DNA of 64,000 nucleotides, from assembly GCA_965279065.1 (NCBI GenBank), contig OZ257134.1:3960294-4024293 (forward strand). Direction: 5' to 3'. How positions within the stretch are numbered: the first letter of the stretch is position 1; each line of letters begins with the position of its first letter. Position numbers and translations under genes: made by a program. The notes under the pieces are model-generated. The model was given only the letters and a program-made list of their open reading frames with translations. It had not been told where the DNA came from and did not search any database. The stretch comes from Hyphomicrobiaceae bacterium. Lineage in GTDB: Bacteria; Pseudomonadota; Alphaproteobacteria; Rhizobiales; Hyphomicrobiaceae. Below, in pieces: positions 28,334 to 39,438 of the stretch.

Positions 28334-29155
28334 ATGGCATACTCAATCGAGCTGTTTGCGCGCGAGCCCATCATTTTCGATCGCGAGCGTTTGCTCGCTG
28401 CCATGCGCGGCCGCCTCGGCAGTGTCGACAGTCCCGAACCGAGGTCGGAGGGCGCCACGCAGATGTTCTTGCTGAACGATCATATCGCGCACTTCACGGA
28501 CGGCTCGATCCCCGCTCAACTCGTTCTGCTCCCTGCCAGCGGCGGTCCCGATCCGGACAAATACACTGAGGCGTTGCAGCAGAGCTGGTCGTTCCGCAAT
28601 GCCGGCGAGGTGCTGGAGACCTGCGGCCACAGCTGCCTGTTCTCCGACATGATGTCGGCGGCCCTGCCGCAGTATCAGCGGCGTCACCTGCTCGCCGAGG
28701 GCCTGTTGGCGGTGCTGGAATGCATCCGGGTCGACGCCGTCTATTTCGTTGAGACGCAGCAGTTCATGTCGCCGGCCCACCTCCTCGCCGAACTCGCCAC
28801 GCCACAGCAGCGCGCCAATCCGACGACAGGATTCCTCAACGTTCGCTTCTTCAACGTCGCCAACAGCCCTGGTGACATGGTGATGGATACGCTCGGTCTC
28901 GCCCCATTCGGGCTGACCGACCTTCAGCTGCATTTCCGCGGCCTCGAACCTAACGACGCCGCCCGCGTCCTTCACGCGACTGCATCGTACGTTTTCGAGC
29001 GCGGCGACGTCATCGAAAACGGCCACACCATCCAGGGGCGCGTGCCCGACGAGCGCTGGGCCTGCCGCCAGGAGGACAGCCTGCTGGAACCCAAGCGCGC
29101 CGTCCTCGATATCAACCCCGGCACCCCCTACGCCGCCGGCCGCCGCGCGGCTTAG
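28334..29155 (+). CDS. Hypothetical protein (no confidently recognised family)
   Basis: 273-aa ORF with genome-typical codon bias. I have a faint recollection of DUF4261-type proteins (GLAPFGLTDLQ). Unverified. Confidence 0.65.
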   Translation: MAYSIELFAREPIIFDRERLLAAMRGRLGSVDSPEPRSEGATQMFLLNDHIAHFTDGSIPAQLVLLPASGGPDPDKYTEALQQSWSFRNAGEVLETCGHSCLFSDMMSAALPQYQRRHLLAEGLLAVLECIRVDAVYFVETQQFMSPAHLLAELATPQQRANPTTGFLNVRFFNVANSPGDMVMDTLGLAPFGLTDLQLHFRGLEPNDAARVLHATASYVFERGDVIENGHTIQGRVPDERWACRQEDSLLEPKRAVLDINPGTPYAAGRRAA

Positions 29156-30303
29156 ACCCCGGTCGCCTGACGAATGCGGGCGCTGACCTTGGGGTGCGTC
29201 ACTTCCAGGCGGTGGAAGTCCTCACGGTGCAGCTTCAGCAGCCGGCAACGGGTTCGCGTGATCATCGCATCGGGGTGGACGTCGTGATTGAACAGTGGGC
29301 CGGCGCCGATCACGTCGCCGGTCTTGTAGGCGGCCTCCGCACCCGCGCCGACCTGGCCTGACGCCACGAAGTACAGGGCGTCGGCCGTCGCCCCTTCGGC
29401 GATCACCTCGAAGTTGGGCGGAAAATTGTGCGCGTGCAGCAGCGGCATGATGTACCCCACGTCGCGCGCGTCGAGGTCGGTGAACACGGGAATGCGCGAC
29501 ATCAGCGACCACGTCACCACGAAATCACGGCGGCTGACCTCTTGCGCAAATCCCGTGGCGATGATTGCCACCGGCAGCGCCAGGATGCACAGCCCGGTCA
29601 CCATCACGACCGATCCGAACAACCGGCCGAGCGGCGTGATCGGCGCGACGTCGCCGTAGCCCACCGTCGTCAGTGTCGCCATGGCCCACCACGCCGCGTC
29701 CGGCACCGAGCCGTACTTGTCGGGCTGCGCTTCGTTTTCGAGATAGTACATGCCGGTGGACGCAAACAGCACGGCCGCAAACAGCAGCAGGCCGGCGCCG
29801 ATCAGCGCGCGGCGCTCGTTGATGACGACGCGGATCAGCGAGTGCATCGCCGGCGAATAGCGCGACAGCTTGAGGAAGCGTAACAGCCGCAGCGTGCGCA
29901 GCACGCGCAGGTCGAGCGCGAAGAACTGGCTGAGGTAGAACGGCAGGATCGCCAGCAGGTCGATGATCAGCGACGGCCGCGTCGCGCTGTGGAGTCGTGC
30001 CCGGGCTGGGCTGAGCCGTTTCAGGAACGGCATCTCCACCGCCGTCCACAGTCGCAGCAGATACTCGACCGTGAACACCGCCACCGAGAAAAGCTCGAAG
30101 GCAAAGAAATAGGGGCCGTAGCTGGCATAGAGCGATGGCACCGTCTCAGCCACGAAGGCGGCGACGTTGAGCAGGATCAGGGTGACGATGAAAATATCGA
30201 AGATCCGGCTGGCGCGGTCTTCGCCGTGGCCGATCTCCATGATCTCGTAGACGCGCCGCCGCAGCGCCCGCAATTGTTCATCACGCCTCGGAATCTGCTC
30301 CAT
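29152..30303 (-). CDS. Cyclic-nucleotide-gated/voltage-type K+ channel (MloK1-like)
   Basis: Six-TM architecture with an Arg-rich S4 (LRVLRTLRLLRFLKLSR), the K+ selectivity filter TTVGYGD, and a C-terminal cNMP-binding-like domain. Confidence 0.88.
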   Translation of the reverse strand: MEQIPRRDEQLRALRRRVYEIMEIGHGEDRASRIFDIFIVTLILLNVAAFVAETVPSLYASYGPYFFAFELFSVAVFTVEYLLRLWTAVEMPFLKRLSPARARLHSATRPSLIIDLLAILPFYLSQFFALDLRVLRTLRLLRFLKLSRYSPAMHSLIRVVINERRALIGAGLLLFAAVLFASTGMYYLENEAQPDKYGSVPDAAWWAMATLTTVGYGDVAPITPLGRLFGSVVMVTGLCILALPVAIIATGFAQEVSRRDFVVTWSLMSRIPVFTDLDARDVGYIMPLLHAHNFPPNFEVIAEGATADALYFVASGQVGAGAEAAYKTGDVIGAGPLFNHDVHPDAMITRTRCRLLKLHREDFHRLEVTHPKVSARIRQATGV

Positions 30304-30454
30304 CCCCCGTGCAAGTGCTTCCGGACAAAGTGTGAAGCACGACAGGACAAGAAGCTAGGGTCGTTCCGCAACTGAGCGAGGCGGGGCCGCGGCGTGATAG
30401 GGTGGCGAAATCGGTCCAAAGCCGCTGCCCGCGGACGGTTAATACAAGCCGTTA

Positions 30455-30482
30455 TTGACCGCTACCGGCCGGATCGCTATAG
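30455..30482 (+). promoter_or_regulatory. Candidate sigma-70 promoter for rpsT
   Basis: TTGACC-N16-CTATAG, about 120 nt upstream of the rpsT ATG. Motif match only. Confidence 0.3.
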
Positions 30483-30603
30483 GTTCGGCGAATTTTGCCG
30501 CCTGGAGCAGCGCTTCTGGGCCGATTCCAGTATCAATCCAATCGACAGGTCCGGCCGCCAAAGGCGCGCCCGGCCAGTTTCGAGTTCCAGAAGGGTTCAC
30601 CGC

Positions 30604-30870
30604 ATGGCCAATACGTCTTCGGCAAAGAAAGCCGCCCGGCAAATGATCCGCCGCACGGAAGTCAACAAAGCACGCCGGTCCGGAATGCGCACGGAAGTGC
30701 GCCGCGTCGAAGAAGCCATCGCCTCGGGCGACCAGTCTGCGGCCGCCGCTGCCCTCAAGGCCTGCCAGCCCGTCTTGGCCCGCGCCGCCCAAAAAGGCGT
30801 GATTGTGAAAGGCAATGCGAGCCGCAAAGTCTCGCGCTTGAACGCACGCATTAAGGCGATGGGGAAATGA
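30604..30870 (+). CDS. rpsT: 30S ribosomal protein S20
   Basis: [26 protein letters not shown]... is a typical S20. Start at the internal ATG of ORF 30394..30870. Confidence 0.92.
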   Translation: MANTSSAKKAARQMIRRTEVNKARRSGMRTEVRRVEEAIASGDQSAAAAALKACQPVLARAAQKGVIVKGNASRKVSRLNARIKAMGK

Positions 30871-30899
30871 GCGGTGAGCCCGCTCTGACACATTCTTCG

Positions 30900-30921
30900 T
30901 CTGTGACGAATTCGTCACAGA
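30900..30921. repeat. Perfect 22-bp palindrome
   Basis: TCTGTGACGAATTCGTCACAGA, between the rpsT stop and its terminator. Confidence 0.7.
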
Positions 30922-30931
30922 ACAGTCAAAA

Positions 30932-30955
30932 GGCCAGCTCACCGCTGGCCTTTTT
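30932..30955 (+). terminator. Rho-independent terminator after rpsT
   Basis: GGCCAGC-tcacc-GCTGGCC followed by TTTTT. Confidence 0.7.
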
Positions 30956-31237
30956 CGTTATGCGCTAAGCCTTGGATTCATTCGCTTCGCCGTCTTCGCG
31001 AATTGCCCGGTGAGGCCTTCCGTCCGACTCGCTTCACAGCTTCTCCAACTTGAAATCATCACTTTCGTGACATCGGTTTTCACCGTCATGTGCACATCTC
31101 GAACGCGATTCAAGAAGCGCCGAATCTGAAGTGGACTCAATGAGATTTCCACCGCCTCTGTGGATGAATGCGAACCCGATCGCGCAATATTTGACAACGG
31201 TCGCGAAGCAGTGGTCGCGCACTTGCGTCACAAGTTA

Positions 31238-31252
31238 TTAACGGCTAGTTAA
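31238..31252. promoter_or_regulatory. CtrA-type box TTAA-N7-TTAA
   Basis: TTAACGGCTAGTTAA in the non-coding AT-rich gap upstream of rhodanese/dnaA. It is the only perfect instance I found in the window. Confidence 0.4.
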
Positions 31253-31473
31253 AGACCAGCCCGACGCGACGTGGATAGTTTGTGAGTAACGCCCGTCAGG
31301 TCAGAAGCGAAGACCGTTTGCGTTTAACAGCCACAATTCAAAAATTGTGGAATACTAGGTGCTTGCCGAATTTGTAGAAGTACAAGTGTGAATTTGTGCG
31401 CGCAAGCATCGGAAACTACTGCAGCGTTTGGTGGAATAGCGGTGTTCTGCTGGGCTGCAGCGGAGGATAATCA

Positions 31474-31917
31474 GTGGCATTTGTCGAGGATGTCCAGATC
31501 ACGGACGTGCCGGTCAGCGATGTCTGGTCCCGTCTGAAGGACGAAACGAACTCCCTTCTCATCGATGTGCGGACACGAGCGGAATGGGCTTTCGTGGGGC
31601 TTCCTGATCTTTCGGAACTCGGCAAGGGCGTGCTGACGGTCGAGTGGCAGACGTTTCCAGACAACCGGATCGATCCGGAGTTTGCGGGCCGTCTGGCGGA
31701 CCAACTCGATCGCATGGGTACGGCGAAAGAGGCGGAGCTGTTTTTCATTTGTCGGTCAGGAGGGCGCAGCCGCATGGCTGCGGAGGTCATGACCGCGGCC
31801 GGATACAGCAAATGCTTCAACGTGGCGGACGGGTTTGAGGGCCCCCTGGACGCTTCCCGTCATCGTGGACGGGTCGCGGGCTGGAAGTCTGAAGGCCTGC
31901 CCTGGGTACAGGGTTAG
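31474..31917 (+). CDS. Rhodanese-domain sulfurtransferase
   Basis: Single rhodanese domain with active-site loop CRSGGRS. GTG start with AGGA/GGAGG upstream. Confidence 0.8.
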   Translation: MAFVEDVQITDVPVSDVWSRLKDETNSLLIDVRTRAEWAFVGLPDLSELGKGVLTVEWQTFPDNRIDPEFAGRLADQLDRMGTAKEAELFFICRSGGRSRMAAEVMTAAGYSKCFNVADGFEGPLDASRHRGRVAGWKSEGLPWVQG

Positions 31918-32056
31918 TCGGTGCGAAGTTAAGGGCGCGAGGGCGTCGCGTCTGATTGAGATCGTTTCGGTGGGTGGTGCTGCGCCAAAGGGCAACAGGC
32001 GCATCTCCGCGGATCGCAACGGTGCGTAGTTCAGCTTTACAAGTGCGGGGGTAGCA

Positions 32057-33577
32057 ATGCAGACGATTGAGACGGCGGACGTATCCGCTTCGACAAGCGG
32101 CACGGAAACACGGCGCGCGGTCGCGCCAACCAATCCAGCTTCGAGCAAAGGACATAAGGCACGCGCCATGCTGCGCGCGCGTCTTGGCGACGAAACGTTC
32201 ACCAGCTGGTTCAATGCACTGGAGTTCGACGACTTCGACGGCAAGACGGTGAAGGCATCCGTTCCTGTCAAGTTCCTGCGCAATTGGATCCAGTCGCACT
32301 ACCTTGACGACCTCCTCCAGTGCGCTCAGGCGGAATTCACCGGCGCCGAGCGCGTCGAAGTCCTTGTTCGCACGCCTGGCGGTGTCTCCGCCCGGCCCAC
32401 CCCGGCAGCCAAGGCACCCTCGCCCGGCGGCGATCTCCCCCGTCCCTTCGGTATGGACAGTGTCGGCTCGGCACAGCCCGTCGTCCGGCCGCTGCCGGTC
32501 GCCATCGGCCGCACGCACGTGGCCGGCTTCGAAGGCTCGCCGCTCGACCCGCGGTATACGTTCGATAGCTTCGTTGTCGGTGCCGCCAATCGCATGGCGC
32601 ACGCCGGTGCCACCCAGGTGGCCGAAACGGTCCTGAACGACACGCCAGGCTTCAATCCGCTGTACATTCACTCGCAGGTCGGCCTCGGCAAGACGCACTT
32701 GCTGCACGCCATCGCCTGGGAAGTGCGCCGTCGCGCCCCGCAAGCCCAGGTGCTCTATCTTACGGCCGAATGCTTCCGCTACCGCTTCGTCGAAGCCCTG
32801 CGCTCGTCCGATCCCCTGTCATTCAAGGAGAAGTTTCGCTCCATCAATGTGCTGCTGATCGATGACCTCGAATTCATGCAGGGCGAGAAGACCGAGCAGG
32901 AATTCGATCACATCATCAACGCCCTGCTCGATGGTGGGCGCCACGTCGTCGTGGCCTCCGCCCGCGCGCCGGGACAGATCGAGCGCCTGAACGAGCGTAT
33001 GCGCTCGCGTCTGCAGCGTGGTCTGGTGACGGAAATCAACACCTTCGATCACGAACTGCGCCTCAAGGTGCTGGAGCAGCGCGTCGCCGAGAAGCGCGCC
33101 AACGACCCCTCGTTCGAGGTCCCGCGCGAGGTCGTCGACCTGCTGGCCGACAAGCTCACCGAGTCCGGCCGCGAGCTGGAAGGCGCCGTGACCCGCCTGT
33201 ACGCCACGTGGCAGTACATGCGTACGCCGCTGAAGCTCGACATCGCCGAAACGGTCATCCGCGATCTCGTGCAGGGCGTCGAGCCGCGCCGCATCAAGAT
33301 CGAGGACATCCTGCGCATCGTATCCCGCCACTTTGGCGTATCGAAGGGCGACCTGCTCTCGCAGCGCCGCCACCGCTCGGTCGTCTGGCCACGCCAGATC
33401 GGCATGTATCTCGCCAAGCAGTTGACCGCCCGGTCCCTGCCTGAGATCGGCCGCCGCTTTGGCAATCGCGACCACACCACGGTGCTTCACGCAATCCGCA
33501 AGATCGATAACGAACTGACGGGCAATACGCGTTTGCGCGAAGAGCTGGAAGAGCTGAAGAAGCTGCTCAGCCACTAG
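32057..33577 (+). CDS. dnaA: Chromosomal replication initiator protein DnaA
   Basis: AAA+ motifs (NPLYIHSQVGLGKTHLLHAI, LLIDDLEF) and the C-terminal DNA-binding signature (IGRRFGNRDHTTVLHAIRKI). Confidence 0.95.
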   Translation: MQTIETADVSASTSGTETRRAVAPTNPASSKGHKARAMLRARLGDETFTSWFNALEFDDFDGKTVKASVPVKFLRNWIQSHYLDDLLQCAQAEFTGAERVEVLVRTPGGVSARPTPAAKAPSPGGDLPRPFGMDSVGSAQPVVRPLPVAIGRTHVAGFEGSPLDPRYTFDSFVVGAANRMAHAGATQVAETVLNDTPGFNPLYIHSQVGLGKTHLLHAIAWEVRRRAPQAQVLYLTAECFRYRFVEALRSSDPLSFKEKFRSINVLLIDDLEFMQGEKTEQEFDHIINALLDGGRHVVVASARAPGQIERLNERMRSRLQRGLVTEINTFDHELRLKVLEQRVAEKRANDPSFEVPREVVDLLADKLTESGRELEGAVTRLYATWQYMRTPLKLDIAETVIRDLVQGVEPRRIKIEDILRIVSRHFGVSKGDLLSQRRHRSVVWPRQIGMYLAKQLTARSLPEIGRRFGNRDHTTVLHAIRKIDNELTGNTRLREELEELKKLLSH

Positions 33578-33711
33578 AAACGGAGAAGTTCAGGCCCTGA
33601 CAGGGCGCTGGAGGAACAAGCAGGGTTCAGAAAAGTGGCGCCGCCGCAGGTGGCGCCGACGTTGGCGAGCAGATCGCGTCGTGGGCGACGAGGCGGTCTG
33701 TTAGCGGGGAG

Positions 33712-33747
33712 GGAGCGGCATCACCACGATGCCGCTCCTGTTTTGTT
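33712..33747 (+). terminator. Rho-independent terminator after dnaA
   Basis: GGAGCGGCATC-accac-GATGCCGCTCC followed by TGTTTTGTT. Confidence 0.7.
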
Positions 33748-33972
33748 GAAGAGGGCCCGTTTGGGCCCCATAAAAGTGCTTTACCGGCCACGGCGGCCCT
33801 TGAAATACAATGCCGTATCGGGTCAAGTTGCGCGTCCTTCGCGAATCCCCTTGATCTCCCACAAGGTCCGGTCTGGTTAGGCTTCGCAAGTGAGGCCCGG
33901 CATGGTGTCCCCAAACGGATGCCGGCTGAAAGCAACAAACGAACGCCCTGCATTTAGGGAACCGAGGCAATC

Positions 33973-35091
33973 ATGCGGCTTGTGATCGAACGCGGCGAAC
34001 TTTTGAGGGCGCTCGGCCATGTGACGAGCGTCGTCGAACGCCGCACCACCATTCCGATCCTGTCGAACGTGCTGTTGCGCGCCGGCAATGGCAAGCTGTC
34101 GCTCAAGGCGACCGATCTCGAGCGCGAAGTGATCGAAGACGTCGCGGCAAACGTTTCGACGCCCGGTGCCGTGACGGTGCCCGCCCACATGCTGCACGAC
34201 ATCGTGCGCAAGCTTCCCGACGGCGCCGAGATCGAGATCAAGCGCGACCCCGAGAAGGAGCGCCTCACCATCACCGCCGGCCAGTCGCGCTTCGCGCTGC
34301 AGACGCTCGGCCCCGAGGATTTCCCCGACATCGCCGCCGGCGATCTCGCACATTCGTTCGAACTTGGCGCCAGCGAGCTGAAGCGCCTCATCGAAAAGAC
34401 GCGCTTCGCCATCTCCACGGAAGAGACGCGCTACTATCTCAACGGCATCTTCCTGCACGTCGCTGAAACCGGTGGCGCGCGTACGCTGCGCGCCGTCGCC
34501 ACCGATGGGCACCGCCTCGCTCAGGTGGAACTGCCGCGGCCCGATGGCGCCGACGGCATGCCGGGCGTCATCGTCCCGCGCAAGACGGTGCACGAGCTGC
34601 ACCGGCTCATCGAGGCCAGCTCCGCGCCGGTCAAGGTCGGCGTCAGCCCCTCCAAGGTGCGTTTCGAGATCGGCACCGTCACGCTGACGTCGAAACTGAT
34701 CGATGGCACGTTCCCCGACTACGGTCGCGTCATCCCGCAGGGCAACGACAAGGAGCTGAAGGTCTCCAATGCCGACTTCATCGGCGCCGTCGATCGCGTC
34801 TCGACGATTGCCAGCGAGCGCGGCCGTGCCGTGAAGCTCAACATCACCGGCGACAAGCTCGTGCTGTCGGTGAACAATCCGGAAGGCGGCAGCGCCACGG
34901 AAGAGATCGGCGTAGGCTATGCTGCCTCGCCCCTTGAGATCGGTTTCAACGCCCGCTACCTGCTGGACATCGCCGGCCAGCTCGAAGGCGAGGAAGCCCG
35001 CTTCCTGCTCGCGGACCCCGGCTCCCCCACCATGATCCGCGACGGCGGCGACGAAACCGCCCTCTACGTCCTCATGCCGATGCGCGTTTAG
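33973..35091 (+). CDS. dnaN: DNA polymerase III beta sliding clamp
   Basis: 372 aa with a typical DnaN N-terminus (RGELLRALGHVTSVVERRTTIPILSNVLL) and conserved synteny after dnaA. Confidence 0.95.
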   Translation: MRLVIERGELLRALGHVTSVVERRTTIPILSNVLLRAGNGKLSLKATDLEREVIEDVAANVSTPGAVTVPAHMLHDIVRKLPDGAEIEIKRDPEKERLTITAGQSRFALQTLGPEDFPDIAAGDLAHSFELGASELKRLIEKTRFAISTEETRYYLNGIFLHVAETGGARTLRAVATDGHRLAQVELPRPDGADGMPGVIVPRKTVHELHRLIEASSAPVKVGVSPSKVRFEIGTVTLTSKLIDGTFPDYGRVIPQGNDKELKVSNADFIGAVDRVSTIASERGRAVKLNITGDKLVLSVNNPEGGSATEEIGVGYAASPLEIGFNARYLLDIAGQLEGEEARFLLADPGSPTMIRDGGDETALYVLMPMRV

Positions 35092-35109
35092 CGCGCATCG
35101 TGATCTTGA

Positions 35110-36303
35110 ATGACTGAAGACGTGCACATTGCCGGCCGGAGCGAGCACGCGCGCCTCTGGGTCGAACGCATTGCCCTGACCGGGTTCCGCAACTACGCGA
35201 CCGCGAACATCACGCCGGGCCCCGAGCCGATCATCCTTATCGGCGCCAACGGCGCCGGCAAAACCAACTTGCTGGAAGCCGTGTCCTTGCTGGCGCCAGG
35301 CCAGGGACTGCGCGGGGCGGCCTTCGCCGATCTCGCGCGCGCCGGATCAACCGGCTGGTCCGTCGCTGCAAAAGTCCACACCGCACTGGGCAGCATCGAC
35401 ATCGGCACCGGCATACAGCCGGCACCCGGCGCATCCGAGCGCGCCGGCCGCATCGTCCGTGTCGACGGCGAGACCAGATCCGGTTCCGGCATCCTCGCCG
35501 ACTACGTCGAGATGGTCTGGGTAACCCCCGCGATGGACGGCCTGTTCACCGGCCCGGCGTCGGAGCGGCGCCGCTTCCTCGATCGCCTGATCCTGTGCTT
35601 CGACCCCAGCTATCGCACCCGCGCCGGCCGCTTCGATCGCGCCATGGCCAGCCGCAACCGCCTGCTCGCCGACGGCGCCGGCGGCAACGCCCAGCTCGAA
35701 GGCTTCGAGATCGTCATGGCCGAGACGGGCGTCGCGATCGCCGCCGCCCGCGCCGAAGCCGTCGCCGCCATCGCCGCCGTGATCACCGCCCGCCGCGCGC
35801 GCGAACCGGATTCGCTGTTCCCCTGGAGCGCCATCGCGCTGGAGGGCGCGCTGGAACGGGACCTCGCCACCCGCCCCGCTGTCGACGTCGAGGACGCCTA
35901 TCTGCGCGTCCTCCGCCAAACCCGCGACCGCGATCGCGCCGCCGGTCGCACGCTCGACGGCCCGCATCGCTCCGATCTCGTCGTCGGCCACGGCCCAAAA
36001 GCCATGCCCGCACGCCTCTGTTCCACGGGCGAGCAGAAGGCCCTGCTCCTCGGCCTCGTCCTGGCGCATGCCCAGCTCGTCGCCGAGCGCCGCGACGGCC
36101 TGGCCCCGATCCTGCTGCTCGACGAGATCAGCGCTCACCTCGACGAGGCCCGTCGCGCCGCCCTGTTCGCCGAAATCCTGTCGTTGGGGGCGCAAGCCTG
36201 GATGACGGGAACCGATGCCGGCTCGTTTGCCGCGCTGGCCGAGAAGGCACGATTTTTCGAGGTTGAGAACGGTGTTCTGCGTGATCTTGGCGTCGCATCC
36301 TGA
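35110..36303 (+). CDS. recF: DNA replication and repair protein RecF
   Basis: Walker A (GANGAGKTNLLEA), signature (STGEQKALLLGLVLA), Walker B (LLLDEISAHLD). Confidence 0.92.
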   Translation: MTEDVHIAGRSEHARLWVERIALTGFRNYATANITPGPEPIILIGANGAGKTNLLEAVSLLAPGQGLRGAAFADLARAGSTGWSVAAKVHTALGSIDIGTGIQPAPGASERAGRIVRVDGETRSGSGILADYVEMVWVTPAMDGLFTGPASERRRFLDRLILCFDPSYRTRAGRFDRAMASRNRLLADGAGGNAQLEGFEIVMAETGVAIAAARAEAVAAIAAVITARRAREPDSLFPWSAIALEGALERDLATRPAVDVEDAYLRVLRQTRDRDRAAGRTLDGPHRSDLVVGHGPKAMPARLCSTGEQKALLLGLVLAHAQLVAERRDGLAPILLLDEISAHLDEARRAALFAEILSLGAQAWMTGTDAGSFAALAEKARFFEVENGVLRDLGVAS

Positions 36304-36339
36304 CGTCATCGCCGGTGAATAAATAACGTATTGAAATAA

Positions 36340-38907
<2,568 letters not shown>

Positions 38908-38950
38908 TGTCCGGTGCAATTCGAATTTGGCGCACTGCGCCACGTCTCCC

Positions 38951-39024
38951 TCTCCGCGCGCGCGGGGAGAGCGTCGGGGTGAGGGGCAGGGTCTGGCGCT
39001 ACGGCGAGTTTCTGCCCCTCACCC
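38951..39024. repeat. REP-like composite palindromic element downstream of gyrB
   Basis: Hairpin TCTCCGCGCG/CGCGGGGAGA at 38951-38970. Second hairpin GGGGTGAGGGGCAG (38976-38989) pairs with CTGCCCCTCACCC (39012-39024). Confidence 0.55.
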
Positions 39025-39063
39025 TAACTCTTTCCCCATGAAGGATGAGGAGAGGGAACAGGC

Positions 39064-39426
39064 ATGCGGCCAACCGGCGATTATCTCCTCTACGACGGCG
39101 AGTGCCCTATCTGTGCCGGCTTCGTGACGTTCGCCGAGTTCCGTCGCCGCCATCCCGACCTCAAGCTGATCGACGCGCGCCACGAGCCTGACCTCGTCGC
39201 CGAGCTGCGCCGCGACGGCTACGAGATCAACGACGGCATGGTTCTGGTGGTGGATGGCACGCTCTATTACGGCGCGGCGGCCTCGGCGAAGCTTGCGTCC
39301 TACCGCTCGGACCTGCCACCCGCAAAGCGCGCCGCCATGGCCGCCATCGGCGCCTCGCCCTATCCTCTCCTGCGCGGCCTGCGCAACGCCCTGCTGCGCC
39401 TGCGCGGAAGATCGTTGATATCGTAG
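39064..39426 (+). CDS. DCC1-like thiol-disulfide oxidoreductase (DUF393)
   Basis: N-terminal LLYDGECPICAGFV motif characteristic of the DCC family. Confidence 0.75.
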   Translation: MRPTGDYLLYDGECPICAGFVTFAEFRRRHPDLKLIDARHEPDLVAELRRDGYEINDGMVLVVDGTLYYGAAASAKLASYRSDLPPAKRAAMAAIGASPYPLLRGLRNALLRLRGRSLIS

Positions 39427-39438
39427 GCGACGATAGAC

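Noticed and set aside
30900-30921. Palindrome TGTGA...TCACA read as a CRP/FNR-type site
   Set aside because: The spacing is TGTGA-N8-TCACA rather than the CRP N6 or FNR N4 geometry, and it sits at a gene 3' end. It is kept only as an unexplained palindrome.
30958-31231. 79-aa and 65-aa minus-strand ORFs inside the rpsT-rhodanese gap
   Set aside because: They have no RBS, atypical composition and no family resemblance. The region is better explained as non-coding regulatory or origin-like DNA.
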